Shown piece by piece: positions 55,165-63,962 of a DNA stretch of 64,000 nt (its first letter is position 1; each line of letters begins with the position of its first letter). The notes beneath the pieces were generated by a model, which saw only the letters and a list, made by a program, of their open reading frames with translations, was not told where the DNA came from and did not search any database. Source of the stretch: a virus; the UHGV virus genome UHGV-0294963; one strand, 5' to 3'. Position numbers and translations under genes: made by a program.

Positions 55165-55641
55165 TTAATCTGTATCATATGGCATAGGGAGTGGCAGCCA
55201 AGCAATTGGATATATCGGTTCACGTCCACCGTGAGGTATGAACTTTCCGTCCCTGAACATACATTGGATAACTGTCTTTATACCGCAATGCTTATACGTT
55301 ACCAGCACATTACACAAACCGTGACCGGGAGGTTTGTCGGTATCATCAGGTAATCGCTCACTGACTGGTATCCAGTCTTTAGTACCGTGTGCAAGAATTT
55401 CTTCGCACTCGGCGAATTTCGGACATCCCCTGCACTCCTGCTGCTTGCGACAGTACTCCCTTATATTCACAAAAGGTTCTGCTTTGATTTTGCAGTACTC
55501 TTCTTCTAGCTTTATAAGATGACTTAATTGGTTCAACAAGCTCAGCGTGAGGCGTTTACCGCCCGCACGCGGGGCGACAAGCGGTACGCCTGCTTGTAGC
55601 GCACTAATCAACTCTTGAGGTGTCAGTGTTTCCATAGACAT
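55165..55641 (-). CDS. hypothetical Cys-rich protein
   Basis: CRKQQECRGCPKFAEC. Confidence 0.45.
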   Translation of the reverse strand: MSMETLTPQELISALQAGVPLVAPRAGGKRLTLSLLNQLSHLIKLEEEYCKIKAEPFVNIREYCRKQQECRGCPKFAECEEILAHGTKDWIPVSERLPDDTDKPPGHGLCNVLVTYKHCGIKTVIQCMFRDGKFIPHGGREPIYPIAWLPLPMPYDTD

Positions 55642-55644
55642 TAC

Positions 55645-55866
55645 CTACACCTCCTCTACACCGTTTTTCGGCTCAGTCTGTGAGTCGTCATACTCTTCTA
55701 GATAAGCATCGATATCGTCGAGCAAGCAGTAACCGTCACAGTCTGCATCATCATAGCGCGCAGTTACGCACATCGCATCGAAATTACCGCCAGCTCGAAC
55801 ATTCGCCAGAAACTCCTTAGTCGCCTTCAAAAGTGTCAGCGCTCTCAGTTCTTCCACCATCATCAT
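55645..55866 (-). CDS. hypothetical acidic protein
   Basis: ORF. Confidence 0.4.
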   Translation of the reverse strand: MMMVEELRALTLLKATKEFLANVRAGGNFDAMCVTARYDDADCDGYCLLDDIDAYLEEYDDSQTEPKNGVEEV

Positions 55867-55910
55867 CTCCTTCTGTAATCAATTCACCTGCAACCACATG
55901 AATATCCTCC

Positions 55911-56111
55911 TTATCCTAATAAGTCCCAGAACTCTTTAGAAGTAATCTGGTATATCTTAGTCGAGTCATAGGCATCGGTGATGACTACCTCTCCATTCTG
56001 CTCATACATGGAAATGAGCAATCCAGTACTGTCTTTCGGGTTACCACCGACTTTGCTGTCCTGGATGCGGTTTTCTTCTTTTAGCTCACGTCGTATAGGT
56101 AAATCCTTCAT
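55911..56111 (-). CDS. hypothetical protein
   Basis: aaggaggggg RBS. Confidence 0.4.
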   Translation of the reverse strand: MKDLPIRRELKEENRIQDSKVGGNPKDSTGLLISMYEQNGEVVITDAYDSTKIYQITSKEFWDLLG

Positions 56112-56973
56112 GATAAACCCCCTCCTTGATGGGCAAGACTACAATGTCGTGATTGCAAGCAGAAGCATGGTTGTTCGCCATATCAATAAATACAGATATT
56201 TCGCTAAATTCAACCGAACTGTTACTTATCAGCTTTAAGCCTACAGTATCTCCCCAAACGAACAAAGTACCCGCCGGTAAAGTCGAAAAGGTCTGCTTGG
56301 TACGTTCTTTGTCAGAAATAACCTTAACCTTGATATTAGAAGAAACCGTTCTGAGCTTATAGTAATCCATATCTACAATATTAGATTCATACGCTGCAGG
56401 GTGCTTTACCCAATCACCGTCTACCCGGTTGTCTTTTATCTTAATGCCTATCAGATTATACCAGCGGAATACAGCACCTACCGGTAATTCTGAGAACGAA
56501 ATATCACCCTCCCAGTCTTCCTTCAGCTTCTCGATTTCAGATTGACTCAACGGCTTCACCCACAAGTCGGTTCGAGAGGTAATTCGATGTCCGTTGTCTA
56601 AACGAATAATATTTCCTTGATGCTTGGGCGACTTATCAGTGATAATCTCATTCGTGAGTTTTCTGAACAGCTTACCACCGAAGTTAAAGATAGTGCCTAC
56701 AGGGACTTTCTCGAGAGGAAGCATACCACGCATCGCCTGATATCTCTTCTTATCGATTTTGCAGCCAGGGTATGCTTTTTCGATAGCAGCTACAATTTCG
56801 GTATTTATCTGTTCGGTGTTGGTGCAACCAGAAGCAGAATACCAGTCGTCGCCTAGGAAGTAATGACATAGTTCATCAAGAGCAACCTGAGCTTTCATTG
56901 GTGGTGCAAATATACCATAATCACCAGGTTCGCATAAACTCAAAATACGGTCTCTGTCAAATTTCTTGTGCAT
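56086..56973 (-). CDS. hypothetical protein
   Basis: aaggagg RBS. Confidence 0.45.
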   Translation of the reverse strand: MHKKFDRDRILSLCEPGDYGIFAPPMKAQVALDELCHYFLGDDWYSASGCTNTEQINTEIVAAIEKAYPGCKIDKKRYQAMRGMLPLEKVPVGTIFNFGGKLFRKLTNEIITDKSPKHQGNIIRLDNGHRITSRTDLWVKPLSQSEIEKLKEDWEGDISFSELPVGAVFRWYNLIGIKIKDNRVDGDWVKHPAAYESNIVDMDYYKLRTVSSNIKVKVISDKERTKQTFSTLPAGTLFVWGDTVGLKLISNSSVEFSEISVFIDMANNHASACNHDIVVLPIKEGVYHEGFTYTT

Positions 56974-56983
56974 ACAAACCTCC

Positions 56984-57421
56984 TTAGAACATCATCGGTT
57001 TACTCTTACCTGCTATCTCCTGCAGCTCTGAGTAAGAAATTCTGAACCCTAGCTGCTCCTCTTTGCAGTGCTCAATGAGCTCTTCATAAGTCATTTCGCC
57101 ACTTGCAACCTTCAACGCAAGTCTGAGTTTTTCGATAGCAGCTTCGCCAGCACCCTCACCGTTATCGCGGTCATACAGACGAGTGTCGATTACATCAGGA
57201 GCGATGTCGATTTTCATTACCTTACCGTTCAGGTAATCGAAATAGATTTCCTCCTCGCCGTTCCTGCCTGTATGACGAGCTTGCTTGATGAGCTCACCTG
57301 CTCTCCGAATATTCAACTTACCAGTATAGCCCAGAAAACTCATACCCTGCATTCTAGAATCGTTCCAGAGGGCTACAAGTACCTGAGCCTTATCCAAACC
57401 CCTGATATCCACCTTTGCCAT
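56984..57421 (-). CDS. hypothetical protein
   Basis: start reset to the ATG with aaggagg RBS (promoter lies inside the longest ORF). Confidence 0.45.
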   Translation of the reverse strand: MAKVDIRGLDKAQVLVALWNDSRMQGMSFLGYTGKLNIRRAGELIKQARHTGRNGEEEIYFDYLNGKVMKIDIAPDVIDTRLYDRDNGEGAGEAAIEKLRLALKVASGEMTYEELIEHCKEEQLGFRISYSELQEIAGKSKPMMF

Positions 57422-57454
57422 AATGTATACCTCCTTGTGTGTTATTGTATCTAT

Positions 57455-57487
57455 ATTATAACACAGAATAACCGTGATTGCGAAGTT
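57455..57487 (-). promoter_or_regulatory. promoter AACTTCGc-N16-TGTTATAAT (- strand)
   Basis: motif family. Confidence 0.55.
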
Positions 57488-57695
57488 AATCTCCGTAATA
57501 GCCAACCTCAGTCATGTTTCGCTGTCTAATCAGATGTAACTCTTCATCGCAGTCTTCTACCACCCAGATGTTGTCATCATCGAAAGTTTCACGAACAGTT
57601 TTGACTTGAACGACTATCATGACATATCCATATTTTTCGGTAGTAGCGACGTCACCCACTTCTGGTTCGCCAGTTCTAGAATAGAAACTACTCAT
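57486..57695 (-). CDS. hypothetical protein
   Basis: ORF. Confidence 0.4.
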   Translation of the reverse strand: MSSFYSRTGEPEVGDVATTEKYGYVMIVVQVKTVRETFDDDNIWVVEDCDEELHLIRQRNMTEVGYYGD

Positions 57696-58068
57696 CAGAC
57701 TTTTCCTCCTCTACTCTTGATTTCTGAGGTATGCTAGAAAATGGTGTATATACCTTGTTACCTGCAATCGACGAAATAATGCGACAATACAGTTCAATCC
57801 GACTATCGCCAAACCAGCATAGGGCGTGTTCAGGCAAGCGGGCTTGATAACGTTTCTTCTTAGCTGGGCAGTAATTTTTCAGGCTATCCTTGCAAGACGG
57901 ATAGACATCATAACCGCCGCGCTCATGTGTTATCTCAAGTTCTTTATCACCGATTAGGGCGTAGACCATTACCAGCAGGTCTTCCTCAATCTTGGGTATT
58001 ATTGCCTTATCGATATAATTCTTGGCGCGATATCTCATGTCATCCTTGGTGTCTTTTCTCATTGACAA
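57688..58068 (-). CDS. hypothetical protein
   Basis: ORF. Confidence 0.4.
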   Translation of the reverse strand: MSMRKDTKDDMRYRAKNYIDKAIIPKIEEDLLVMVYALIGDKELEITHERGGYDVYPSCKDSLKNYCPAKKKRYQARLPEHALCWFGDSRIELYCRIISSIAGNKVYTPFSSIPQKSRVEEEKSDE

Positions 58069-58074
58069 CTCACC

Positions 58075-58326
58075 TCATTTCTGTACCCAATAGTACCACT
58101 TGCTAATTGTGCCGATTATACCTACCACCAGCATAAATACTATACCTAATGGCCAGAGCATTACCTCGACGCTTTCTGGTATGTCAACTTTCTGTTCGGA
58201 CGGTCGGTCTTTCTCGACACAGCACATGAAGATTACACCGATGACTGTGTAGACAAGGCCCAATACAATCGCAAGCAAGACTATTCCTGCATTCTGATAC
58301 ATGGAAATCACCTCACTCTGACGCAT
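58075..58326 (-). CDS. small membrane protein (2 predicted TM helices)
   Basis: GIVLLAIVLGLVYTVIGVIFMCCV and WPLGIVFMLVVGIIGTI hydrophobic segments. Confidence 0.45.
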   Translation of the reverse strand: MRQSEVISMYQNAGIVLLAIVLGLVYTVIGVIFMCCVEKDRPSEQKVDIPESVEVMLWPLGIVFMLVVGIIGTISKWYYWVQK

Positions 58327-58585
58327 ACTCTAGGGCATCTGAAACTTCTTGCAAACTCTGAAGTGCATCGTCTATTGAATTGGCTGCGGTATCTAGATTG
58401 TCGCAAGCCGCATCGCATTTTTCATAACGCTCGGTTGCTTGCAAACGCTCTGGAATATTATCACGAGCCATCTGCTCATTGAAGGATACGCAGTCGATGT
58501 CTGACTGAATATCTTCCAGAAGTTCCTGAGCCTTGATAATTTTATCCAGAGTCACACTTATGGCTTTTCTTCTCGTTTCATTCAT
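58313..58585 (-). CDS. hypothetical protein
   Basis: ORF. Confidence 0.4.
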   Translation of the reverse strand: MNETRRKAISVTLDKIIKAQELLEDIQSDIDCVSFNEQMARDNIPERLQATERYEKCDAACDNLDTAANSIDDALQSLQEVSDALEYASE

Positions 58586-59058
58586 TTCCTTTTCCTCCGT
58601 TTCTGTACTCCTTCATATACCTGATTCCAGCACGTAGTGCAGGTATCTTGGCTACGATTTTCATAGAGAGTATGGTTTGGAGTGCAATCATACTCTCTGG
58701 AGAACAATGTGTAATCGCTGGGACATCCCGACACACCACCTTGTGCTAAATCAGTAATAGCTGAGGGCAAGCTGTCGGTTACTATCTGTCGTAAGGTCTT
58801 ACCCAAGAGCTCGGGATGCGGTTCCTCGATTTTTTCCTTTACGGTGGGAACCCATCTTTTGTCGTAAAGAATGGTATTGACTTTCTGGTCACCGTCGTAG
58901 ACGTCAACCCAGGCTTCCGTCAGATTGTAATGATAATGGTTTTCCCAGAGCTCGAGCTGTTCCTCAGCTTTACACATCAGTTCCATATTCTCCTGAACGA
59001 ACAAGGTATAACCCTCCGTGGTTTTCGCCCAAGGCGCATAGGTATAATGTTTACTCAT
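58582..59058 (-). CDS. hypothetical protein
   Basis: aaggaggg RBS. Confidence 0.45.
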   Translation of the reverse strand: MSKHYTYAPWAKTTEGYTLFVQENMELMCKAEEQLELWENHYHYNLTEAWVDVYDGDQKVNTILYDKRWVPTVKEKIEEPHPELLGKTLRQIVTDSLPSAITDLAQGGVSGCPSDYTLFSREYDCTPNHTLYENRSQDTCTTCWNQVYEGVQKRRKRK

Positions 59059-59069
59059 GATAACCCTCC

Positions 59070-59372
59070 TTAATCAAGCAGAACGTTCGAATTAGCAGCA
59101 AGATAATCCTTCACCTTTTCAGTATAGAACATATGACCGAGATTTAAGAATGCGAACGCATTTACACCGCTATCCGGAAAACCGTTAACCTGCAGCCAAT
59201 GCTGGTAGTGCTTCTGCAGCTGTTCTCGGTCGTTGAAGTTTATATGGTCTGTGGGAGTCTTTTCGATGTATTTCTGGCAAACCTGAGCGTCGTTCAGTCT
59301 TATCAGATTACAGTCGCAAGTTCCGTCGGTATTATATTCGCAGTCCAGAGCGTTACATACGATTTTTGGCAT
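59070..59372 (-). CDS. hypothetical protein
   Basis: gaggaggtagc RBS. Confidence 0.45.
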   Translation of the reverse strand: MPKIVCNALDCEYNTDGTCDCNLIRLNDAQVCQKYIEKTPTDHINFNDREQLQKHYQHWLQVNGFPDSGVNAFAFLNLGHMFYTEKVKDYLAANSNVLLD

Positions 59373-59458
59373 AAAGCTACCTCCTCAAGCAATTTTAACT
59401 CTAACAGGTGTAACCGAATAAAGAATCACAATGTTTGCAATTAGCACGATACTCACGA

Positions 59459-59791
59459 TTACACATTATCATCTTCCTCTGCATACCGAAACATCGGTTC
59501 GAATCCGCATTCATGCGCATCCGGCTTAGGGTCGAGTGATACCAGGAATCTGGCATATTCGGTAGGCCCAGGGTGGTAGTAGACAGAATAGCCTTTGGCA
59601 AAGAGTTTCTTTAAGGACTGCTCGATTCCTGAATACTCTTCATTCACGTTAATCATAAATTCGCCAACCACATCAAGCGTCTTGACACGGTTAAATAGCT
59701 TCTTTTGACCTTCCTTGTCTATGTGCAGCTTCTGAGTTGAACGTTTAGTCTTTTCTCGTCTGCGTCTAAGTATTTTTGCAGAAAATAGCAT
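59459..59791 (-). CDS. hypothetical protein
   Basis: aggaggag RBS; promoter upstream. Confidence 0.45.
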   Translation of the reverse strand: MLFSAKILRRRREKTKRSTQKLHIDKEGQKKLFNRVKTLDVVGEFMINVNEEYSGIEQSLKKLFAKGYSVYYHPGPTEYARFLVSLDPKPDAHECGFEPMFRYAEEDDNV

Positions 59792-59877
59792 ATTACTCCT
59801 CCTCTTTCTGTTTGAGTAAACCCATAAGACGACTTCACTCTAAAATCCTGATTGTGTTCTACACTTATCGTATCCAC

Positions 59878-59910
59878 ATTATAACATATTACAATGCGCA
59901 GTACGAAGTT
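59878..59910 (-). promoter_or_regulatory. promoter AACTTCGT-N16-TGTTATAAT (- strand)
   Basis: exact motif. Confidence 0.6.
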
Positions 59911-59960
59911 ATTCCCACATAGAACGCTTGTTCACAGTTTCAAGAACATTCTTGTATAGC

Positions 59961-60185
59961 TTAAAGTACGTCATCTCCTAACTGGTCTTTTCTTTTAGTA
60001 GTTTCTTCAGAGCTTGTCTGAGCACATGCTGCAAAAAGACGTTGAAGTGCATCGCATCGCCCTGCTTGAATTTCCCTCGAACAGATGTTGCAATTTCCAG
60101 AGCAAATGTCGGTACCGTGGAATGGCTGACGCCACTTGCATGATTTAATAGCTTCATTGATTTCTTCCTGAGTAGGGTGTTCCAT
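59961..60185 (-). CDS. small Cys-rich protein
   Basis: CKWRQ..CSGNCNICS..C; aggagg RBS. Confidence 0.45.
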   Translation of the reverse strand: MEHPTQEEINEAIKSCKWRQPFHGTDICSGNCNICSREIQAGRCDALQRLFAACAQTSSEETTKRKDQLGDDVL

Positions 60186-60259
60186 CTGTAATTCCTCCTA
60201 TAGCTTGCGAAATTCTTCAGCGTCTGTCAGCTATCGCAAAAGAACGTGTTTCACTTCAT

Positions 60260-60559
60260 TTATGACCAACCTCTGTTATATTCAGCCTTCCTCTTGATGT
60301 AGCAGCTTGGACAGATGCATTTGCCATTCAGCCAAATCATGTCGTCATAGGCGACTGACTGCTGACAGTCTGGACATAGACGATAGTCTTCCTTAGGTTC
60401 TGAAGCTAAATCAACTCCAATAATATAAGGCTGTTCTGACTGGGCTTCATAAGATGCACAGCTGATTGAATACGGGTCGGCAATCGGAAGTCTTCCGAGA
60501 GTGCAGAGGGTCACGTCTGCCCTCTCACAGAATCTACAAGTTATGCAATAATTATCCAC
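60260..60559 (-). CDS. small zinc-finger-like protein
   Basis: CITCRFCE..C..CPDCQQ..CICPSC; GTG start after aaggagg. Confidence 0.45.
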   Translation of the reverse strand: MDNYCITCRFCERADVTLCTLGRLPIADPYSISCASYEAQSEQPYIIGVDLASEPKEDYRLCPDCQQSVAYDDMIWLNGKCICPSCYIKRKAEYNRGWS

Positions 60560-60832
60560 GATTAGTCCTCCTTATCTACTGATATGACAAAGCACATCAG
60601 GTTTAATCTGAACGATACGGTGTGACCGGACGTCAATTGCTTCTGTCGAGGTTGTCTTCCTCCAGAGCAAGCTGAGTTTTCTCAGCTCTATCGCCACACT
60701 CTCGCTTGGTTCTAAAAGTCCTGATTGCTTTTGCCATATTCTATCCTCCATAATTCGTTGTTCTCAGCAATGAGCCTGTCGAGCTCAGTACCGAGAACCT
60801 TCTGTAGTTCTAGCCTGGTCACACGGTTCTTC

Positions 60833-61030
60833 CTACTCACTGAAAATCTGGGCAGCTTTCTCAGCAATTCGCGTTGCGGTTGATAAACCCACTTCCCAGC
60901 CGATATACTTTCTGTGACAGTCTTCGCACCCCTCGAACTCCTTCATGTCGTTACCGCGACAGTTGTCGCAGTAAGCGTAGCATAGCTCATTCTGAATGAA
61001 TTTAATCAGTTCTACTTTCTTCTCACCCAT
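60833..61030 (-). CDS. small Cys-rich protein
   Basis: CYAYCDNC..CEDCH; gagaggag RBS. Confidence 0.45.
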   Translation of the reverse strand: MGEKKVELIKFIQNELCYAYCDNCRGNDMKEFEGCEDCHRKYIGWEVGLSTATRIAEKAAQIFSE

Positions 61031-61059
61031 GGTTATTCTCCTCTCGTCTTTTTACCTAC

Positions 61060-61494
61060 CTAGATATCCTCCGGATTGCCTGGACATATCGAACACCAGT
61101 AATCAGAACCCTCAAGATATTGAAACTTACAATCTAAGCAATTACCGTCTGGTTTGTTCATTTTGGTGCTTTGTTTAGCTACATTTCCCTCAGCATCACC
61201 GTCCATTCTTGCGCCGCAATGTGGACAGAATTCGTAACCTTCGGATACCTTGACATATCTATTAGTGGACTCTTGTTCGCAGACAGAGCAATCCGCTTGA
61301 TATACGTCAGATACATCATTATAAAACTCAGATATCCACCTTCCATGCTTCACAAGCTGTACGTCTGCGGCGGAAACTTTCTGAACTTCTTTATCTATAC
61401 CATCAAGCATTAGAATAGCACCCATATTTTGTAAACCCTGTCGATGCTTATAGATAATATCAGATACGCACTCACTACTTATATATTTAGCCAT
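61060..61494 (-). CDS. zinc-ribbon protein, paralog of 61487..61813
   Basis: shared MAKYIS / RWI / CxxC...CPHCGARMDGD blocks; start reset to the internal ATG. Confidence 0.4.
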   Translation of the reverse strand: MAKYISSECVSDIIYKHRQGLQNMGAILMLDGIDKEVQKVSAADVQLVKHGRWISEFYNDVSDVYQADCSVCEQESTNRYVKVSEGYEFCPHCGARMDGDAEGNVAKQSTKMNKPDGNCLDCKFQYLEGSDYWCSICPGNPEDI

Positions 61495-61813
61495 CTGTAT
61501 CACCGTCCATTTTTGCACCACAGCCGAAGCAGTATCTGAAGTCATTCCTGTTCCATGACTTGCTACCTCTTTCCTGTCCACAGTTCTCGCAATATGCGTT
61601 GTACGTCCCGTCACCCATGGGAATCCATCTTGAATGAATCATAGACTGTGCGTCTGCGGCTGGGGTATCTTTGGGAATAACTATAAAATCATTTAGCAGT
61701 TCATCGATATGCTCATCTGTCCATACTGGAGATTCATTGCTCACACTGGATATATACCAATCAGACAGATAGCCATTACCCACAGCAGCTTCTTTGTTTA
61801 TATACTCAGCCAT
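61487..61813 (-). CDS. zinc-ribbon protein, paralog of 61060..61494
   Basis: MAEYIN / RWI / CENCG...CFGCGAKMDGD; aaggagg RBS at the reset start. Confidence 0.4.
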   Translation of the reverse strand: MAEYINKEAAVGNGYLSDWYISSVSNESPVWTDEHIDELLNDFIVIPKDTPAADAQSMIHSRWIPMGDGTYNAYCENCGQERGSKSWNRNDFRYCFGCGAKMDGDTDG

Positions 61814-61826
61814 TTTCACTACCTCC

Positions 61827-62126
61827 TTACTTATCTTCGTCATCGTAGCAGTAATGTCTTTCATCCGGGTCTGCTAATACCAATTTTGAACAGCTCTGTG
61901 CAGAGGCTTGTTCTGGTGTAAGGTCGCCGTAGAGGTCGTGATAATAGTTAGGGTGATATACCTTGAGGTACGCAGTGTCATTTATGCAGTCCGTGTAGCC
62001 TCTTGGGCAGGTAGGTACATAAGCTTGAAATAATGAGTGTGTTGGAACATCTGCATAGACAGGGTTCTCGCGGCATTCTATACATCTTGACTTGTCGGTT
62101 GCACATACATCGCATCTAGATAACAT
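61827..62126 (-). CDS. small Cys-rich protein
   Basis: CDVC..CIEC..C..C. Confidence 0.4.
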   Translation of the reverse strand: MLSRCDVCATDKSRCIECRENPVYADVPTHSLFQAYVPTCPRGYTDCINDTAYLKVYHPNYYHDLYGDLTPEQASAQSCSKLVLADPDERHYCYDDEDK

Positions 62127-62160
62127 AATCAGTCCTCCTCTTGATAAGACAAATCTCTAG

Positions 62161-62601
62161 CTATACCTCATCATAGAAATCATCGTGATAGACAGAGTCG
62201 TCGAAATAATCACGAGCTTCGCTACAGGTGTACCAGCAGTATTCGACAAGCCTCAGTTCGTCTGGTTTAATTTCTCTGCCGCTAAGAAGCTTGCTGAACT
62301 TATTGCTGTACTTCGCATACTCTGCAAAGCTTAACCGTCTCGCTCTACCCCAGTCACCCTCAACATCGTCCTTAGAAGACAGAACATAATCAAGGAAGAA
62401 ATTGGTAGTAGGTGCAATTTCAAAATTTGTACCTGCAAGACAACTTTCTATATCCCAGTCTCCTTCAGCATTGAATATTCTACAGGCTTCCTCAACAGAT
62501 ATCTGCATTCTTATAACTTTTCTGTGACAATAATCACTCATTTTCATTCTCCTTTCTGAACAATGGAACCATGTCGTCACCACTCTAGTGACAGTATGCA
62601 A
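62161..62601 (-). CDS. hypothetical protein
   Basis: ORF. Confidence 0.4.
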   Translation of the reverse strand: MHTVTRVVTTWFHCSERRMKMSDYCHRKVIRMQISVEEACRIFNAEGDWDIESCLAGTNFEIAPTTNFFLDYVLSSKDDVEGDWGRARRLSFAEYAKYSNKFSKLLSGREIKPDELRLVEYCWYTCSEARDYFDDSVYHDDFYDEV

Positions 62602-62688
62602 TAAGCTGTAACGATAATACAGGATAAGGTACCTACCGTGAAGATAATATAGATTAGGTATTCTAACAGATTAAATATCGCTTTCATA

Positions 62689-62913
62689 TTACTCGACCTC
62701 TTTCGTATCGAACACATCTGGTATGATTACGATAGCATCATCAGGCAATCCGCGTTGTCTTAGAACACTATGCCACCCATCCGGGTCACTTTCATACTGT
62801 CTACGAGTCAGATATAGATATTCCTCTTCTGGCTGACCTGAATCATGGAACAGACGCTCAGCTGCCTGTTCGATTGCTTTCTTGAGCTTTTCCTTGTAAT
62901 ATTTGCTAGACAC
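62689..62913 (-). CDS. hypothetical protein
   Basis: GTG start after aaggag; promoter directly upstream. Confidence 0.4.
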   Translation of the reverse strand: MSSKYYKEKLKKAIEQAAERLFHDSGQPEEEYLYLTRRQYESDPDGWHSVLRQRGLPDDAIVIIPDVFDTKEVE

Positions 62914-62939
62914 AGTATCAACTCCTTTACTGTACCTAT

Positions 62940-62972
62940 ATTATAACATATTGCGGTGTGGGTAACGAAGTT
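62940..62972 (-). promoter_or_regulatory. promoter AACTTCGT-N16-TGTTATAAT (- strand)
   Basis: exact motif. Confidence 0.6.
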
Positions 62973-62999
62973 GCGAAGCACCGCATAAGCACTCTAAAA

Positions 63000-63560
63000 T
63001 TCCAGAATTGTCAACCGCAAGCTAGGAGTCGGGACTTCTGATATAGAAACTTTTTGCGAGAAATCGTGCTAGCAGAAAACGGTATCTAGGATTCTGGGGG
63101 TGTGGATTACCTGACACGAGAAGCTGGGCTTTCGAAATCAAGGGAGTCAAGAACCAGGGCTGGGAGACCGAGGAGTAGGGTTCGTAACCGGGAGCTGGGA
63201 GGTAGGGGTAGGGGGTAAAGGGTAGGGGATAGGGGGTTTGGATATGGAGACTTTTTGCGAAATCAGTGTCGGAGAAAAAACGTAAAAAGCGGGTCCGTAG
63301 TATCGGAATACCGTTGAAAGGTATTTCAGGACCGGTATTTTCGGGCGATTATTTTAAGGTATCTACAGCAGAACTTCGGTATTTTCCTGGTTTTGTGTTA
63401 TATAACACATCTAGCAGAACGACTCGAAGCTCCTTGCTACCAGCCTGAACCTAGCACGCTAACGCACGCTAAGGGCTTGCTGCTAGACATATGTTATACA
63501 TCGTAGCTATGTTACCCTTAGCGTGCGTTGTGCTGCTATGTGCTGCTTTAGCGCTCACGA
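63000..63560. repeat. 560-bp non-coding region: GCTGGG iterons, (TAGGGG)n G-tract array, ~40-bp direct repeats, long imperfect palindrome
   Basis: no ORF of 60 aa or more on the - strand; G-runs at 63190-63240 in an otherwise AT-rich genome; direct repeats gaaactttttgcgagaaatc (63043) and gagactttttgcgaaatc (63247). Confidence 0.6.
63373..63440. promoter_or_regulatory. divergent promoter pair sharing the palindromic -10 TGTTATATAACA (AACTTCGg on +, AgCTTCGa on -)
   Basis: both strands give 8-mer-N16/17-TGTTATATAA; the - transcript would cross the G-tract region, the + transcript the long palindrome. Confidence 0.4.
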
Positions 63561-63569
63561 GCTCGTTGC

Positions 63570-63962
63570 TTAAATGAGTGGCATTCTCCACCAAGCACTG
63601 TCTTCTTTGAGCTCTTCTGGGACTGCTCCGTTCGAATCCAAGATATAGAATGCCAGCTGTGCTGCTTGCTGCATTACCGTGGGGTGCATCGAACCCCTGA
63701 CCACTCTCAGACTTACTTCCTTAAGAATTCCTTCCTGTCCCTCTTCGAGCCCTAAGCCAGAAGCGATAAGCTTCTTTGCTAACTCGATACTTCTCTCATC
63801 TCGACCGTCGGGGTAACGCTGTGCCATTGCCAGCACAAAAGCTACGCTGAAGTTATAGGCTTCCTCACCTACCTGAGCGTCTTCGATTGCCTGTGCGATT
63901 TCTGGAACACGCTTTGCGAACCCAAAGCTATTTGCTTCACTATCGAGCTCTTTGGTTGCCAA
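63570..63962 (-). CDS. hypothetical protein
   Basis: 130-aa ORF at the window edge. Confidence 0.4.
   Translation of the reverse strand: MATKELDSEANSFGFAKRVPEIAQAIEDAQVGEEAYNFSVAFVLAMAQRYPDGRDERSIELAKKLIASGLGLEEGQEGILKEVSLRVVRGSMHPTVMQQAAQLAFYILDSNGAVPEELKEDSAWWRMPLI

Noticed and set aside
59490-59520. tRNA-like T-arm string ggttcgaatcc (also ccgttcgaatcc at about 63628)
   Set aside because: Both lie inside well-supported protein-coding ORFs. No cloverleaf is evident (the T-stem pairs only 3 bp, and no acceptor or anticodon stems are found). Judged to be chance matches, so no tRNA is called in the window.
63266-63448. 60-aa + strand ORF in the right-end non-coding region
   Set aside because: No RBS, basic low-complexity start (KKRKKR), and it overlaps the divergent promoters and structured repeats. 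Most likely non-coding.
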